From assembly GCA_025057895.1 (NCBI GenBank), contig JANXEF010000001.1, positions 118,755-182,754 on the forward strand: DNA of 64,000 nucleotides, written 5' to 3'. This stretch comes from Archaeoglobaceae archaeon. Lineage in GTDB: Archaea; Halobacteriota; Archaeoglobi; Archaeoglobales; Archaeoglobaceae. This document shows positions 38,857-47,572 of this stretch, piece after piece. The notes below the pieces were generated by a model. It ran no database searches, was not told where the DNA came from, and saw only the letters and a list, made by a program, of their open reading frames with translations. Numbering within the stretch: the first letter of the stretch is position 1; each line of letters begins with the position of its first letter. The position numbers and the translations under genes were made by a program.

Positions 38857-39068
38857 TTTTTTGAAAAAAAATCAATTCTAATAAATATTCTTTAAATCCA
38901 TATTGAGGATAGATGTCTAAGCCAAGATTTGTTTGTATTCTAAAATAATTTATTAATTTTATTAATAAAAGTGTTACCATTAGTATCAAAATTAAATAAA
39001 TCATCGAGTTAAAAATTTCTATCACCATAAACTCAACAATATTACATAATCGATTATTAAATAAAAAT

Positions 39069-40130
39069 TTATTTAAGCTTTGGAATTATCTCTTTACCAA
39101 TCAGCTGAATTGCCTTCTTCTTATCTGGTCCAATAGGGCTACCAGCAACCACTTGAGTAACACCAGTTTTTGCAAGCTGATTTATACGTTCAACGACTTC
39201 CTCAGGTGTACCACTGATCGAGAATGAATTCAGCATATCTTCTGTAACAGCTTTCCCTACTCCTGCCCAATCACCTTTTGTAAAAGCATTGTTCAAAGCA
39301 TCTTTTACTTTCTTCACAGCCTCATTGCTAATTTCATGTCTCTCAAGAACCGTTTCAGGGCTTCCAGCAACAATAAAAGCTACAACAATTCTTGCAGCAT
39401 TACGTGCATTTTCCCGATTTTTATCAACACTCATTGAAGCATAAGCTACAGTATCGAACTTATCTCTACTTTTCCCGACTTTTTGCAATCCAGCCTCGAT
39501 ACTTTTCTTCGCTTCTTCAAAATCCTTAGGATGAGAAGCGTTGATTAGAACTCCATCTCCGAGTTCAGCGGCTAATTGAAGCATTTTTGGTCCTTGAGCA
39601 CCGATATAGATCGGAATCTCTCCTGCCCTAAATCCAAGTCTTGAACCATTGAACTTGAAAATCTCACCATCATATTTCACAGCTTTCCCAGCTAAAAGAC
39701 TGCGAATTATCTCAACTGCTTCTTTCATTCTCGTCAAAGGCTTCTCCCAACTAATTCCAATCCTTTCAAATGTTACTTTGTCACCAGCTCCAATACCAAG
39801 CACAGCTCTTCCACCACTTATCTCATTTATCGTAGCAATAGCAGATGCTGTCAAGGCTGGATTTATGTGGTATGGATTCGTAACTCCTGGACCAAGCTTG
39901 ATCTTCTTAGTACCCAATGCAAGAATTGTCAGCATAGAGTACACGTTCCTGTTGTTGTAGTGGTCTGTGATCCACGTATACTCAAAACCACTTTCTTCTG
40001 CAACTCTCACATAGTACTCGAGCTCATAGAATTTCAGATCTGGCACAAACTCAACACCAAATTTCATATCAACCCCCTCTGACAAGTCATCTCCACATAG
40101 ATAATCTTTTCTTTTTGAATTCAGCTCCAA
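39069..40130 (-). CDS. mer: F420-dependent luciferase-like monooxygenase-family reductase, most similar to 5,10-methylene-H4MPT reductase (Mer)
   Basis: The N-terminus MKFGVEFVPD...GFEYTWITDHYNNRNVYS matches the Mer N-terminal signature. Confidence 0.65.
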   Translation of the reverse strand: MELNSKRKDYLCGDDLSEGVDMKFGVEFVPDLKFYELEYYVRVAEESGFEYTWITDHYNNRNVYSMLTILALGTKKIKLGPGVTNPYHINPALTASAIATINEISGGRAVLGIGAGDKVTFERIGISWEKPLTRMKEAVEIIRSLLAGKAVKYDGEIFKFNGSRLGFRAGEIPIYIGAQGPKMLQLAAELGDGVLINASHPKDFEEAKKSIEAGLQKVGKSRDKFDTVAYASMSVDKNRENARNAARIVVAFIVAGSPETVLERHEISNEAVKKVKDALNNAFTKGDWAGVGKAVTEDMLNSFSISGTPEEVVERINQLAKTGVTQVVAGSPIGPDKKKAIQLIGKEIIPKLK

Positions 40131-40230
40131 GTTTAAAGTTTATAATCAGCATCTCGATCCAATTGGATTTAACTCCTTGAAATCCGAAAGATATATCTTG
40201 GTCAATGTAAAATGAATTACGAATCCAAAA

Positions 40231-40640
40231 ATGATTCTTAAGGGAATACTCGAAAAAGAATACAGAATCAAGAAAGAGTTTGAGAATGAGGCCTATTTTA
40301 GAGCTTTTTTAGGGACTATGGATGAAGAACAAAAGAAAGTTCTTTTCAAACTCATTTCAGATTCAGAAAGGCATAAGCTTATACTTGAAAATCTAGCAAA
40401 AGAAATTGGAATTAAATTTGAAAAGAGAGATGAATAATTCAGATTTTCTGATATAAAGTATTTCAATGAGATATACAAGCTTGAAATGAGTGTAAAGATG
40501 ATTTACGAACAGATAATTGGAGAGGCAATGAAATTGAAACACTGAAAGAGATTGTAAAAGAGGAGGAAATGCATTTAAAACTTTTTGAAAAGTTTTTGGA
40601 TATCAACAGAACTTTACTCCTATCTCTTTCAACTTGTTTT
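40231..40640 (+). pseudogene. Disrupted ferritin-like/rubrerythrin-like (COG1633-type) diiron four-helix-bundle gene
   Basis: The first half is intact to the TAA at 40435 (..DSERHKLIL..). The same frame then continues with FRFSDIKYFNEIYKLEMSVKMIYEQIIGEAMKLKH before a TGA. The second ExxH half (KEIVKEEEMHLKLFEKFL) appears in the +2 frame. Confidence 0.4.
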
Positions 40641-41259
40641 TTGCCATGAGGTTGAGAATTAGGACTGTAAGACTTTCAACCATCTTTGAATTTCTGAGAT
40701 CACCACAATCAAGACCGCGCAAACCTTTGACCTCGTTTGTCATTTCTATCACAACTTTTTTAGCTTCATCATCATCTCCACAAATTGGGACATCCCAGTC
40801 AAATTTCGAATCGAGATCTGCGAATCTATCTGCTGGGACGTTATGATAGGCAGAAACGACCCTACTATCTTTTAATATTCTAGCAATTTTTTCCCCAGCA
40901 GAACCCTCAGGAATTTCAACATAACGGAAAAAAATTCCATCCTTTTTCATGGGAACTATTGGAGAGATTGTTATCTTCTTATTGAGCTCAATTTTGAGAT
41001 TTTCAACCAACATAAAAGCCTGTTCCCATGGTACAGTTATTATCGCAATTTCACATAACTTTGAAGCCTCTGAATTTGTCAATCCACGTATTTTTCCAGA
41101 AAATCCTTTTTCTGATAGAATGACTTTGTATTCTTCTGCTCTTCTTTTTGCCCTCTCTTCGGATCTTGAACCCACAATTACCTCGTAGCCTAATATCGCG
41201 AGTCTTAGAGAGAGACCCATACCCAAGTTTCCAGTTCCGCCTAGCAAAGCAATTTTCAT
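40603..41259 (-). CDS. fno: F420H2:NADP+ oxidoreductase (Fno/NpdG)
   Basis: 218 aa. The N-terminal Rossmann MKIALLGGTGNLGMGLSLRLAILGYEVIVGSRS matches the Fno family. Confidence 0.75.
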   Translation of the reverse strand: MKIALLGGTGNLGMGLSLRLAILGYEVIVGSRSEERAKRRAEEYKVILSEKGFSGKIRGLTNSEASKLCEIAIITVPWEQAFMLVENLKIELNKKITISPIVPMKKDGIFFRYVEIPEGSAGEKIARILKDSRVVSAYHNVPADRFADLDSKFDWDVPICGDDDEAKKVVIEMTNEVKGLRGLDCGDLRNSKMVESLTVLILNLMAKNKLKEIGVKFC

Positions 41260-41306
41260 ATAAACTCGAGCTCCATCAGCTTTTTAACCTTTTAGATCTC
41301 GATCTA

Positions 41307-41588
41307 AATGCATTTATTATCCAAAACATTTTGAAAATCCAAAATGTCCCTCGGAAGTAACACCAAACGTCATCGAAGGCTGCTGCCAACTCTGAGTGGT
41401 TGACCTTCCGAGGGATATGTTCCATGTTTGGGTTGCCCCAGAATCATTGTAAGCTTTTACTCACTCCTCAGGGGACCTATCAACATGGTTGTATCCCCGA
41501 GCTCGCAGAAAGGCTTCATTGTAAGCATCGCTTCTCTCAGCCCCTTCCCCGATCGGGGACAATTGTATCTTTCTCTCTTGGATAATAA
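41307..41588 (-). ncRNA. GC-rich structured RNA candidate (about 280 nt). Best guess is SRP (7S) RNA on the minus strand. Both strand and identity are uncertain.
   Basis: Base composition switches sharply to GC-rich inside an AT-rich 332-nt intergenic gap. An 11-bp terminal inverted repeat brackets the region (ttattatccaa ... ttggataataa). Inside lie a perfect 10-bp stem (ccctcggaag/cttccgaggg), a palindromic ccccgatcgggg hairpin, and on the minus strand a GGG-GCAA-CCC GNRA tetraloop hairpin. The minus strand also carries GGCAGCAGCC...GAUGACG, reminiscent of the SRP helix-8 3' strand. Confidence 0.4.
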
Positions 41589-41591
41589 GCT

Positions 41592-42341
41592 TTATTCTAT
41601 TCTACGTATATTATAAAATAAATTTTTTAATCTTTTCTCCTTTTTAAAGAAAACTGCGGGAAAACTAGACTTCTTAATAGTTACTTTATTAGTTTCAACG
41701 AATCTCTTTCCATCAATGACTGCAATTCCTTTTCTAGATTTGAATTCAACTATTCTGTCCCCACGAAAAACATAGGGTCTCCATCCAAATCTAAAGGGAG
41801 CAATTGGAGTGATTATTATTGATTCAAGATATGGATCTATTACAGGTCCACCCAAGGAAAAAGCATAAGCTGTTGAGCCAATTTGAGTTGAAGCGATCAC
41901 ACCATCACATCTCAAGGAATCAATTTCTTCAAAGTCAACCCTTATTTCCACCTCTATAAGCTTTGCTCTCTCCTTTCCAATGAAAGCGACCTCATTCAAA
42001 GCCAAAAATTCACTTGAATCACATATACAGCTTAGTCTCGTGAACCGTTCAACTTCAAAACTTTCAATTGCCCTTCTCAGCTGTGTTTCAAAATCTTCAG
42101 GTTTTGAATGTGTCAAAATCCCAACTCTGCCTGTGTTTATACCAAAAATCGGAGGACATTTCTTGACTTCTTGTAGAATGCTAAGAATTGTTCCATCTCC
42201 ACCAATACTCACTATGAAATCGAACTCTTCGAGTCTACTTGATGGTTGAGAAAAAAGTTCAAAACTAACTCCTTGTATTTTAAGAAAACTCAAAACTTTT
42301 TCAAGCAATTCTAAAGATTTGTAAACGACTGCACATTTCAT
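41592..42341 (-). CDS. nadK: NAD+ kinase
   Basis: The GGDGT motif is IVSIGGDGTILS. An NE/D short motif and the C-terminal beta sandwich are present. Confidence 0.8.
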   Translation of the reverse strand: MKCAVVYKSLELLEKVLSFLKIQGVSFELFSQPSSRLEEFDFIVSIGGDGTILSILQEVKKCPPIFGINTGRVGILTHSKPEDFETQLRRAIESFEVERFTRLSCICDSSEFLALNEVAFIGKERAKLIEVEIRVDFEEIDSLRCDGVIASTQIGSTAYAFSLGGPVIDPYLESIIITPIAPFRFGWRPYVFRGDRIVEFKSRKGIAVIDGKRFVETNKVTIKKSSFPAVFFKKEKRLKNLFYNIRRIE

Positions 42342-43087
42342 AAAATCAACTCCAGTAACTTTTTACAAACACTTTTATTAGAAAGGACTACATTGACTCT
42401 CTCCGAAATTTCAAATCTCTTGCTTGCTAAGGACTGCCCTTTCTCGTCAACTGCAATTGCTCCCGCTTTCTCTGCAATATAAATCCCTGCTGAAACGTCA
42501 AAAATTCTTAACATACTCCTGAGATCTATGAAACAATCAAAAACACCTCCTGCTATAAAACAAGTTTCAAGAGCTGCACTACCATAGATTCTAATTCTCT
42601 TGAATGGTAGCTTTTTAGTCGGATAATAAACTATCGCATCCATTTTGCTAAGATCTTCTTCAAGTTTAACTTTTATTTCTTTATCATTTTTAAATGCCTT
42701 ATCTCCAGCATGATATTCATCCCCATTCACAAGGTTAAAAACGTAGGCAAAAAATGTATCTTCAAATTTCTCGGAATCTGAAAAACACAGACTGATAGAA
42801 TAGAAAGGAATTCCGCGAACAGCATTGAATGTCCCATCAAGTGGATCAAGAGCTACGAATACATCACCCTCTCCAACATAACCACATTCTTCACTTAAAA
42901 TTCGAAGATTTTCCTTTAACAAAATTTCCAAGGCTTTATCCTCTGCAACTTTGTCCACAAACTTAGTAACACCACTTTTTCCAAATCCTAAAATTTCTCC
43001 TCTCTTTTCTAGCGGAATAGAAATCAAAGCTTTTTGAACGTTTTTTGCGACTCTTCTTGAAATCACCAGAGCATCCTTTTCATCCAT
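42338..43087 (-). CDS. suhB: Inositol monophosphatase / fructose-1,6-bisphosphatase family (SuhB-like)
   Basis: The metal-binding motifs are ALDPLDGT and WDxAAG-like (DVSAGIYIAEKAG). It overlaps the nadK start. Confidence 0.75.
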   Translation of the reverse strand: MDEKDALVISRRVAKNVQKALISIPLEKRGEILGFGKSGVTKFVDKVAEDKALEILLKENLRILSEECGYVGEGDVFVALDPLDGTFNAVRGIPFYSISLCFSDSEKFEDTFFAYVFNLVNGDEYHAGDKAFKNDKEIKVKLEEDLSKMDAIVYYPTKKLPFKRIRIYGSAALETCFIAGGVFDCFIDLRSMLRIFDVSAGIYIAEKAGAIAVDEKGQSLASKRFEISERVNVVLSNKSVCKKLLELIL

Positions 43088-43103
43088 ATTCTCGCTAAGA
43101 GAA

Positions 43104-43670
43104 TCAAAAGATATACTTTACTGAATCCGCCAAAGCTGTAGAAAATGGTACAGATAGATTATCTTGGATTTTGATATTCCTCACTTTTTTTATTCTCTCA
43201 ACAACAGTACCAACCATAACTGCAAAAATGGAAAAAGGTGTTAATAGACTGAGAATGAGGATGAAGATGGATGAACTCGTAAACATCGCAAAACTCGCTA
43301 AATTGTTTTTACCAAGATGTCTGAAGATTCCTGCAAAACCATCACCCACTATTGAAGTTATGACTGCAACAAAGGCTGTATCCTTTGGAAAAAAGAAAGT
43401 AAGAACGATTAAAGAGAGAAAAAAGTAAACATATGCTCCTATACTTTTCTCTTCATAATCTCGTAAAATAAATTTAAACAAACCTTTTTTTAGCCTAAAA
43501 AATTCTATTAATCCTATCAAAGGGACCATACATACTAAAGCGAGAGAAAGAGTCCTAAAACCAAAAATACTATAACACGGAATATATAAGAGTCCAGAAA
43601 AATGGATTATCTTTCTCAACAGTTCTCTCTTCAGATCACTCAACAGATATCCTCTCGAGCTGACTTGCAA
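43104..43670 (-). CDS. Polytopic membrane protein, possibly a CTP-dependent polyprenol/dolichol kinase or CarS-like cytidylyltransferase
   Basis: 188 aa with about five TM helices. The N-terminal segment is ELLRKIIHFSG. The assignment is weak. Confidence 0.3.
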   Translation of the reverse strand: MQVSSRGYLLSDLKRELLRKIIHFSGLLYIPCYSIFGFRTLSLALVCMVPLIGLIEFFRLKKGLFKFILRDYEEKSIGAYVYFFLSLIVLTFFFPKDTAFVAVITSIVGDGFAGIFRHLGKNNLASFAMFTSSSIFILILSLLTPFSIFAVMVGTVVERIKKVRNIKIQDNLSVPFSTALADSVKYIF

Positions 43671-43890
43671 GATTCCAAATCATCGTTCTTACATGCATGG
43701 GAAGATTTGGATCTGCAGAAATATCTTCAAGAATTGTTATCGCAGAAGCTGCCTCTACTGAAACTTTCTTGCTTGAAATTAAGCGTTCCTTAATCTCGCC
43801 TGCAAGTCTTCTAACATTTTTTGGAGCTGTATCGTCTTGTATAAGCCTTTCGAGTATATCCAAGACACCTTCAGGCACCTTTTTTACCAT
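43636..43890 (-). CDS. UPF0147-family small conserved archaeal protein
   Basis: 84 aa, helical (VRRLAGEIKERLISSKK...HVRTMIWNLASQLE). Confidence 0.45.
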   Translation of the reverse strand: MVKKVPEGVLDILERLIQDDTAPKNVRRLAGEIKERLISSKKVSVEAASAITILEDISADPNLPMHVRTMIWNLASQLERISVE

Positions 43891-43932
43891 ATCCTCACCC
43901 CAGAACGGAACTTTTTAATATTCTTCCATTTA

Positions 43933-44289
43933 ATGACTTACGTGAGTAATAAAAAAATTTCGGATGAATCAGTGATAGACGCTGCAAAACTCCTAAGGAG
44001 AGGAGCTAAAATGCTTTCCTACTACTGTCCGGAATGTCATTTTCCACTTTTTGAAATAGAGGGAAAAATATTTTGCCCTAATTGCGAAAAAGAAGTAATA
44101 ATAGAGAAAGAAAAAAAAGAAGAGTTGAAAATAGAACATAAAACAGTTTCAGGTCTTTTAGAAGGTGTTGAAAAAGCTATTTTAAAAATTTGCGAGTTGA
44201 TCATAAATTCCAATTCTACTGATGAAATAAGAGTTCTATCAGAATCTCTCGAAAAAATTGCAAACGCAAGAGAAAAGTTAAAAAAATAA
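43933..44289 (+). CDS. Zn-ribbon protein (SSSCA1/UPF0148-like) with a C-terminal coiled coil
   Basis: The motif is CPECHFPLFEIEGKIFCPNCEKE. The start was set at the internal ATG (MTYVSN...) to avoid overlap with the UPF0147 gene. Confidence 0.45.
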   Translation: MTYVSNKKISDESVIDAAKLLRRGAKMLSYYCPECHFPLFEIEGKIFCPNCEKEVIIEKEKKEELKIEHKTVSGLLEGVEKAILKICELIINSNSTDEIRVLSESLEKIANAREKLKK

Positions 44290-44297
44290 TCGAAGAA

Positions 44298-44912
44298 TCA
44301 ATAGAATTCAACTCCTGTCAACATTTCGTGCAAAAGATTCTGTATGAATCTACAGTTCTGTCCTCCTTCAAATGCATCGTTTGAAAAAATGTCTGTTGAA
44401 AAAATTGAAATATTGTTCTTTCTGACAGCTAAAACTACGTTTTTACCGGCCCTGAAAACAATATCACCTAGCAAAGCTTTAGAATCGCGATTTCCGTTTA
44501 GAACTATCTCACATGGATCTTTCGTCTCTATATGGTAAGCGTTTAAGGCTAAAATTTCATCTACTCCTCTGAAATATTCCAATCTACCCCTCATCGAGGT
44601 AGCCTTTAGGAAGATCTTCTCTGCTACTGGTAATATTTCCCTCTTCAATTGAAGAGGAGAGTAGTGGTCACTTCTTATATGAAATATGAAGATCTTACTT
44701 TTCACTAGCCTCGAAATCGCAGATATTTCGTTTGTCTCAGGAACTTTGAGATAGAAAAAAATTTCGAAAGAGTTTTCGAGCCGAGTTAACTCTGAAATCT
44801 CGGAATTCAGTTTATCTGCAAATTGAACATGGTAATCGTTTAGAAGACATTCCTCAAGCTGTTTATACCTATGCCAACTTTCAGAATTAGCAACTATAAG
44901 CGTTGAAAGCAT
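44298..44912 (-). CDS. Hypothetical protein, possibly RNase P protein component 3 (Rpp30-like TIM barrel)
   Basis: 204 aa. There is weak local resemblance to archaeal Rpp30 (KDPCEIVLNG...GKNVVLAV). This is a low-confidence call. Confidence 0.3.
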   Translation of the reverse strand: MLSTLIVANSESWHRYKQLEECLLNDYHVQFADKLNSEISELTRLENSFEIFFYLKVPETNEISAISRLVKSKIFIFHIRSDHYSPLQLKREILPVAEKIFLKATSMRGRLEYFRGVDEILALNAYHIETKDPCEIVLNGNRDSKALLGDIVFRAGKNVVLAVRKNNISIFSTDIFSNDAFEGGQNCRFIQNLLHEMLTGVEFY

Positions 44913-44918
44913 AAGAAT

Positions 44919-45569
44919 TCAGCCGAACATTATCACATAAGCTTTGCCAAGTTCAGTTATCATTATTTTTAGGTTTTTTCCTTTTCTCTGGGTTATTAAA
45001 AGTCCATTCTCTCCAAGTTCATTTATATGATAGCTAATTCTTGCTCTCTGAGCTAAATATTTTCTTTGATCTTCTATTTTACCATCTACAAGTTCTATTA
45101 GCTTGTTTATAGATTCAACTGATCCTCCATCCTGTAGAAGAGCTTTTAAAATCCTTGTCCTTTCTTCATCGAAACTCTTCAATGGAGGAGTCTGAATGAA
45201 CTCAGCTTTATCGTTCATTAGCATATAAGCTTTACTTCCCGAAATTTGGGCAGCCACAATCGAGGCTACGGCAAGATTTCTATCTGCATCGGAAATGTTT
45301 ATCAAAACAGAATTGTTCTTATCTTTTTCAGCTCTAACTATTTCTAGCAATTTCCAGAGTATTTCATAGACACTATTACCCTCAAAGCTGATCGTCTTGG
45401 TTTCTACAAAAGATTTTAATGCCTTACTGAGATTCTCGGCGTTTTCAATAGCTTCTCTTTTTCTGTATATTATATATGAACGATGGATTGGATATCCAAT
45501 TGTCTTTATACTTTCAAGAATTACACTTGGATTTGATTCTACTGCTATTATATGAACTATTTCTGACAT
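44919..45569 (-). CDS. CARF-like Rossmann domain plus C-terminal wHTH regulator (Csa3-like architecture)
   Basis: The N-terminal alpha/beta domain reads IVHIIAVESNPSVILESI... The C-terminal wHTH is ISYHINELGENGLLITQRKGKNLKIMITELGKAYV, similar in pattern to the Csa3 recognition helix and wing. Confidence 0.35.
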   Translation of the reverse strand: MSEIVHIIAVESNPSVILESIKTIGYPIHRSYIIYRKREAIENAENLSKALKSFVETKTISFEGNSVYEILWKLLEIVRAEKDKNNSVLINISDADRNLAVASIVAAQISGSKAYMLMNDKAEFIQTPPLKSFDEERTRILKALLQDGGSVESINKLIELVDGKIEDQRKYLAQRARISYHINELGENGLLITQRKGKNLKIMITELGKAYVIMFG

Positions 45570-45747
45570 GTTTTATTAAAGAATTTTGTAGTTTAAAAAA
45601 TTTTCTCTTTTGAGAAGTTTTTATTTGAACATCAACTTTTTCTTTATTCTTAAGATATATTGCGCATTGTTTAAGCAAATTCTCTATTGCCATTGGGAGA
45701 GAATTCAAAATAAGTGTAATGAATGCAAAAATTTTTCAGTTCGAAGC

Positions 45748-46998
45748 CTACCTGAAGATGTGTTTTTTATCTGTATTCATCCTTATCAATGGTTTTGTTA
45801 GATGTCTCCTTGCACAAGGTGGAACTTCATAAAATCCAGTTTCTATTTTCCTCGGAATTTCAAATCTAAATTTTTCAAATGCTTTATTTTTACACTTCCT
45901 ACACCTAAATCCCTGGTTCTTTCCAGCTGATTCCATTTTCTTTCCACAAATAGGACAACTTGGATTCTCTTCTACGAAGTTTTTTTCAAGCTTTAGAACG
46001 TTAATCTTTTCGAGGTTCAAAGTTGATCTCTTAACAGAACCATAGACTTCAAGAATATCTCCCGGAATTAGAGCCCTAATTATATTTCTGAACTGTTTTG
46101 TTGGCTCAAATGCAGAACATTTTAGAATACATTTCGAAGTCTCAAATCTTAGAAAAACATGCCCTCCAATGATTTCGTAAGGCTTTTCAACGACTCTTCC
46201 AACTATTCTATAAGATCTAAAATCTTTTATTTCCCCATTGTCAATTATATGCATATCTGTAGCATGATTTGTTAAGAAAATTGTATACTTCTCCCATTTT
46301 TCAGTTTTAACCATTTTGATAGCTTTTTTCAGACTCTCAACATCTTCACCTCTCAAACCAAAAAGTACTGGACATGGTGTGCTGGGAACAGCCATTATAA
46401 CGTGATTACACCAGTCAACGGTATCGAAAACGAGCGGATAAAGGTTTAAGTCCATCTCATAAAAACTCTCCTCATCATATTGACGGGGTTTTCCAAATTT
46501 TTCTGGATAACGATAAGTAATGAGTTCGTATACAAAATCTTCTAGTCTTGCCCCAACTGAAGCTAAAGCTCCAATTAATCCTCGACCATTCTTGTATTTA
46601 AGATATGGTATCGAATATCTTTCAAGGACTTTATAAGCATCTTCAATAGATAAAACATCTTTTATCGCTCTTTTTGCAAATTCTTCCAAATATTGGACTT
46701 TTTCTTCTTTCACAAAAACAACCCCTGGGTTAGTGTTCTCATCATCGAGTTCTGCATACTTTCTGATAACTTCATCCGCTATTTCCATCGCCTTATCAAG
46801 GTTTTCAAGCTCTAAAGCGAAACTAACAGCTCCATTTCCTCGAGTTTTATAAGGAATTGTTGGATTCAACCTTATGAGTCTTGGAAAACTGATTAAATTG
46901 CCTATATCTCCCAATTTCTCGATCATCAACAAAGCGACATAAGTTGTACACATTCCCTTTCTGCTATCCGTGTCGTCGACTCCTATCCAAAATTTCAT
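45748..46998 (-). CDS. tiaS: tRNA(Ile2) 2-agmatinylcytidine synthetase TiaS
   Basis: The N-terminal motif is MKFWIGVDDTDSRKGMCTTYVALL. A C-terminal Zn ribbon is present (CPICGKKMES...CRKC). Confidence 0.75.
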   Translation of the reverse strand: MKFWIGVDDTDSRKGMCTTYVALLMIEKLGDIGNLISFPRLIRLNPTIPYKTRGNGAVSFALELENLDKAMEIADEVIRKYAELDDENTNPGVVFVKEEKVQYLEEFAKRAIKDVLSIEDAYKVLERYSIPYLKYKNGRGLIGALASVGARLEDFVYELITYRYPEKFGKPRQYDEESFYEMDLNLYPLVFDTVDWCNHVIMAVPSTPCPVLFGLRGEDVESLKKAIKMVKTEKWEKYTIFLTNHATDMHIIDNGEIKDFRSYRIVGRVVEKPYEIIGGHVFLRFETSKCILKCSAFEPTKQFRNIIRALIPGDILEVYGSVKRSTLNLEKINVLKLEKNFVEENPSCPICGKKMESAGKNQGFRCRKCKNKAFEKFRFEIPRKIETGFYEVPPCARRHLTKPLIRMNTDKKHIFR

Positions 46999-47572
46999 AT
47001 AATCTTGCGGAGATCAAATCTGATTTCGTTCTTTCAATTCCAACCCTGGCCACATCGAGTTTATTCCTAAGATTCGGTATTATCTTCTCTGGAAAAGAGG
47101 AGAAAAACATCAGATGGTAGTATATCTCCTCCATTAAACAGAGAATCCTCTCCGACTCATTGATTTCTCCTATAATCATTTTAGAGAGAGCCAGTCTCCT
47201 AAGCTCACCAATCAAATCAGCTAGTCCAGTTACAAAGGCTGAATGTAAAACTTCGAACTCAATGGAGAAATCAAACTGCCTCTTTATCACCTTCAATAAA
47301 AGAACTGCTTCGACGAATTCTTGCATAGAATCGTGACTCATTGTGTAAATCTCTGGAAAATTTCTAAAAATTTTGATCTTTTCCAAAACTTTAGAAGCTT
47401 CTCTAATACTATCCTCAGCTTCAGAAATTCTGTTAGAGTGAATAGAGGTTATCGCTTTAGAGGAGAGAATTCTAAGCTCTCTTAAAAGTTTTAAAAGCTC
47501 TTCACGAGCTTTTTCAAGCTCTTCAAACCTAATTCTGCAATCTTCGAGATTCATATTGGTCTTAGAAGACAA
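46964..47572 (-). CDS. Translin-family all-alpha protein (putative)
   Basis: 202 aa, helical. The motif is FVTGLADLIGELRRLAL. Confidence 0.4.
   Translation of the reverse strand: MSSKTNMNLEDCRIRFEELEKAREELLKLLRELRILSSKAITSIHSNRISEAEDSIREASKVLEKIKIFRNFPEIYTMSHDSMQEFVEAVLLLKVIKRQFDFSIEFEVLHSAFVTGLADLIGELRRLALSKMIIGEINESERILCLMEEIYYHLMFFSSFPEKIIPNLRNKLDVARVGIERTKSDLISARLYEILDRSRRHG

Noticed and set aside
41400-41616. Track ORFs of 61-62 aa inside the GC-rich intergenic element (41400..41585 +, 41428..41616 +)
   Set aside because: They fall entirely within the hairpin-dense GC-rich region. Their composition follows RNA structure rather than codons, and they have no start context.
43837-43932. 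Long N-terminal extension of the Zn-ribbon ORF (start at 43837), overlapping the UPF0147 gene on the opposite strand
   Set aside because: The extension (MYKPFEYIQDTF…) is hydrophobic and low-complexity and overlaps a better-supported gene. The internal ATG at 43933 gives a compact protein.
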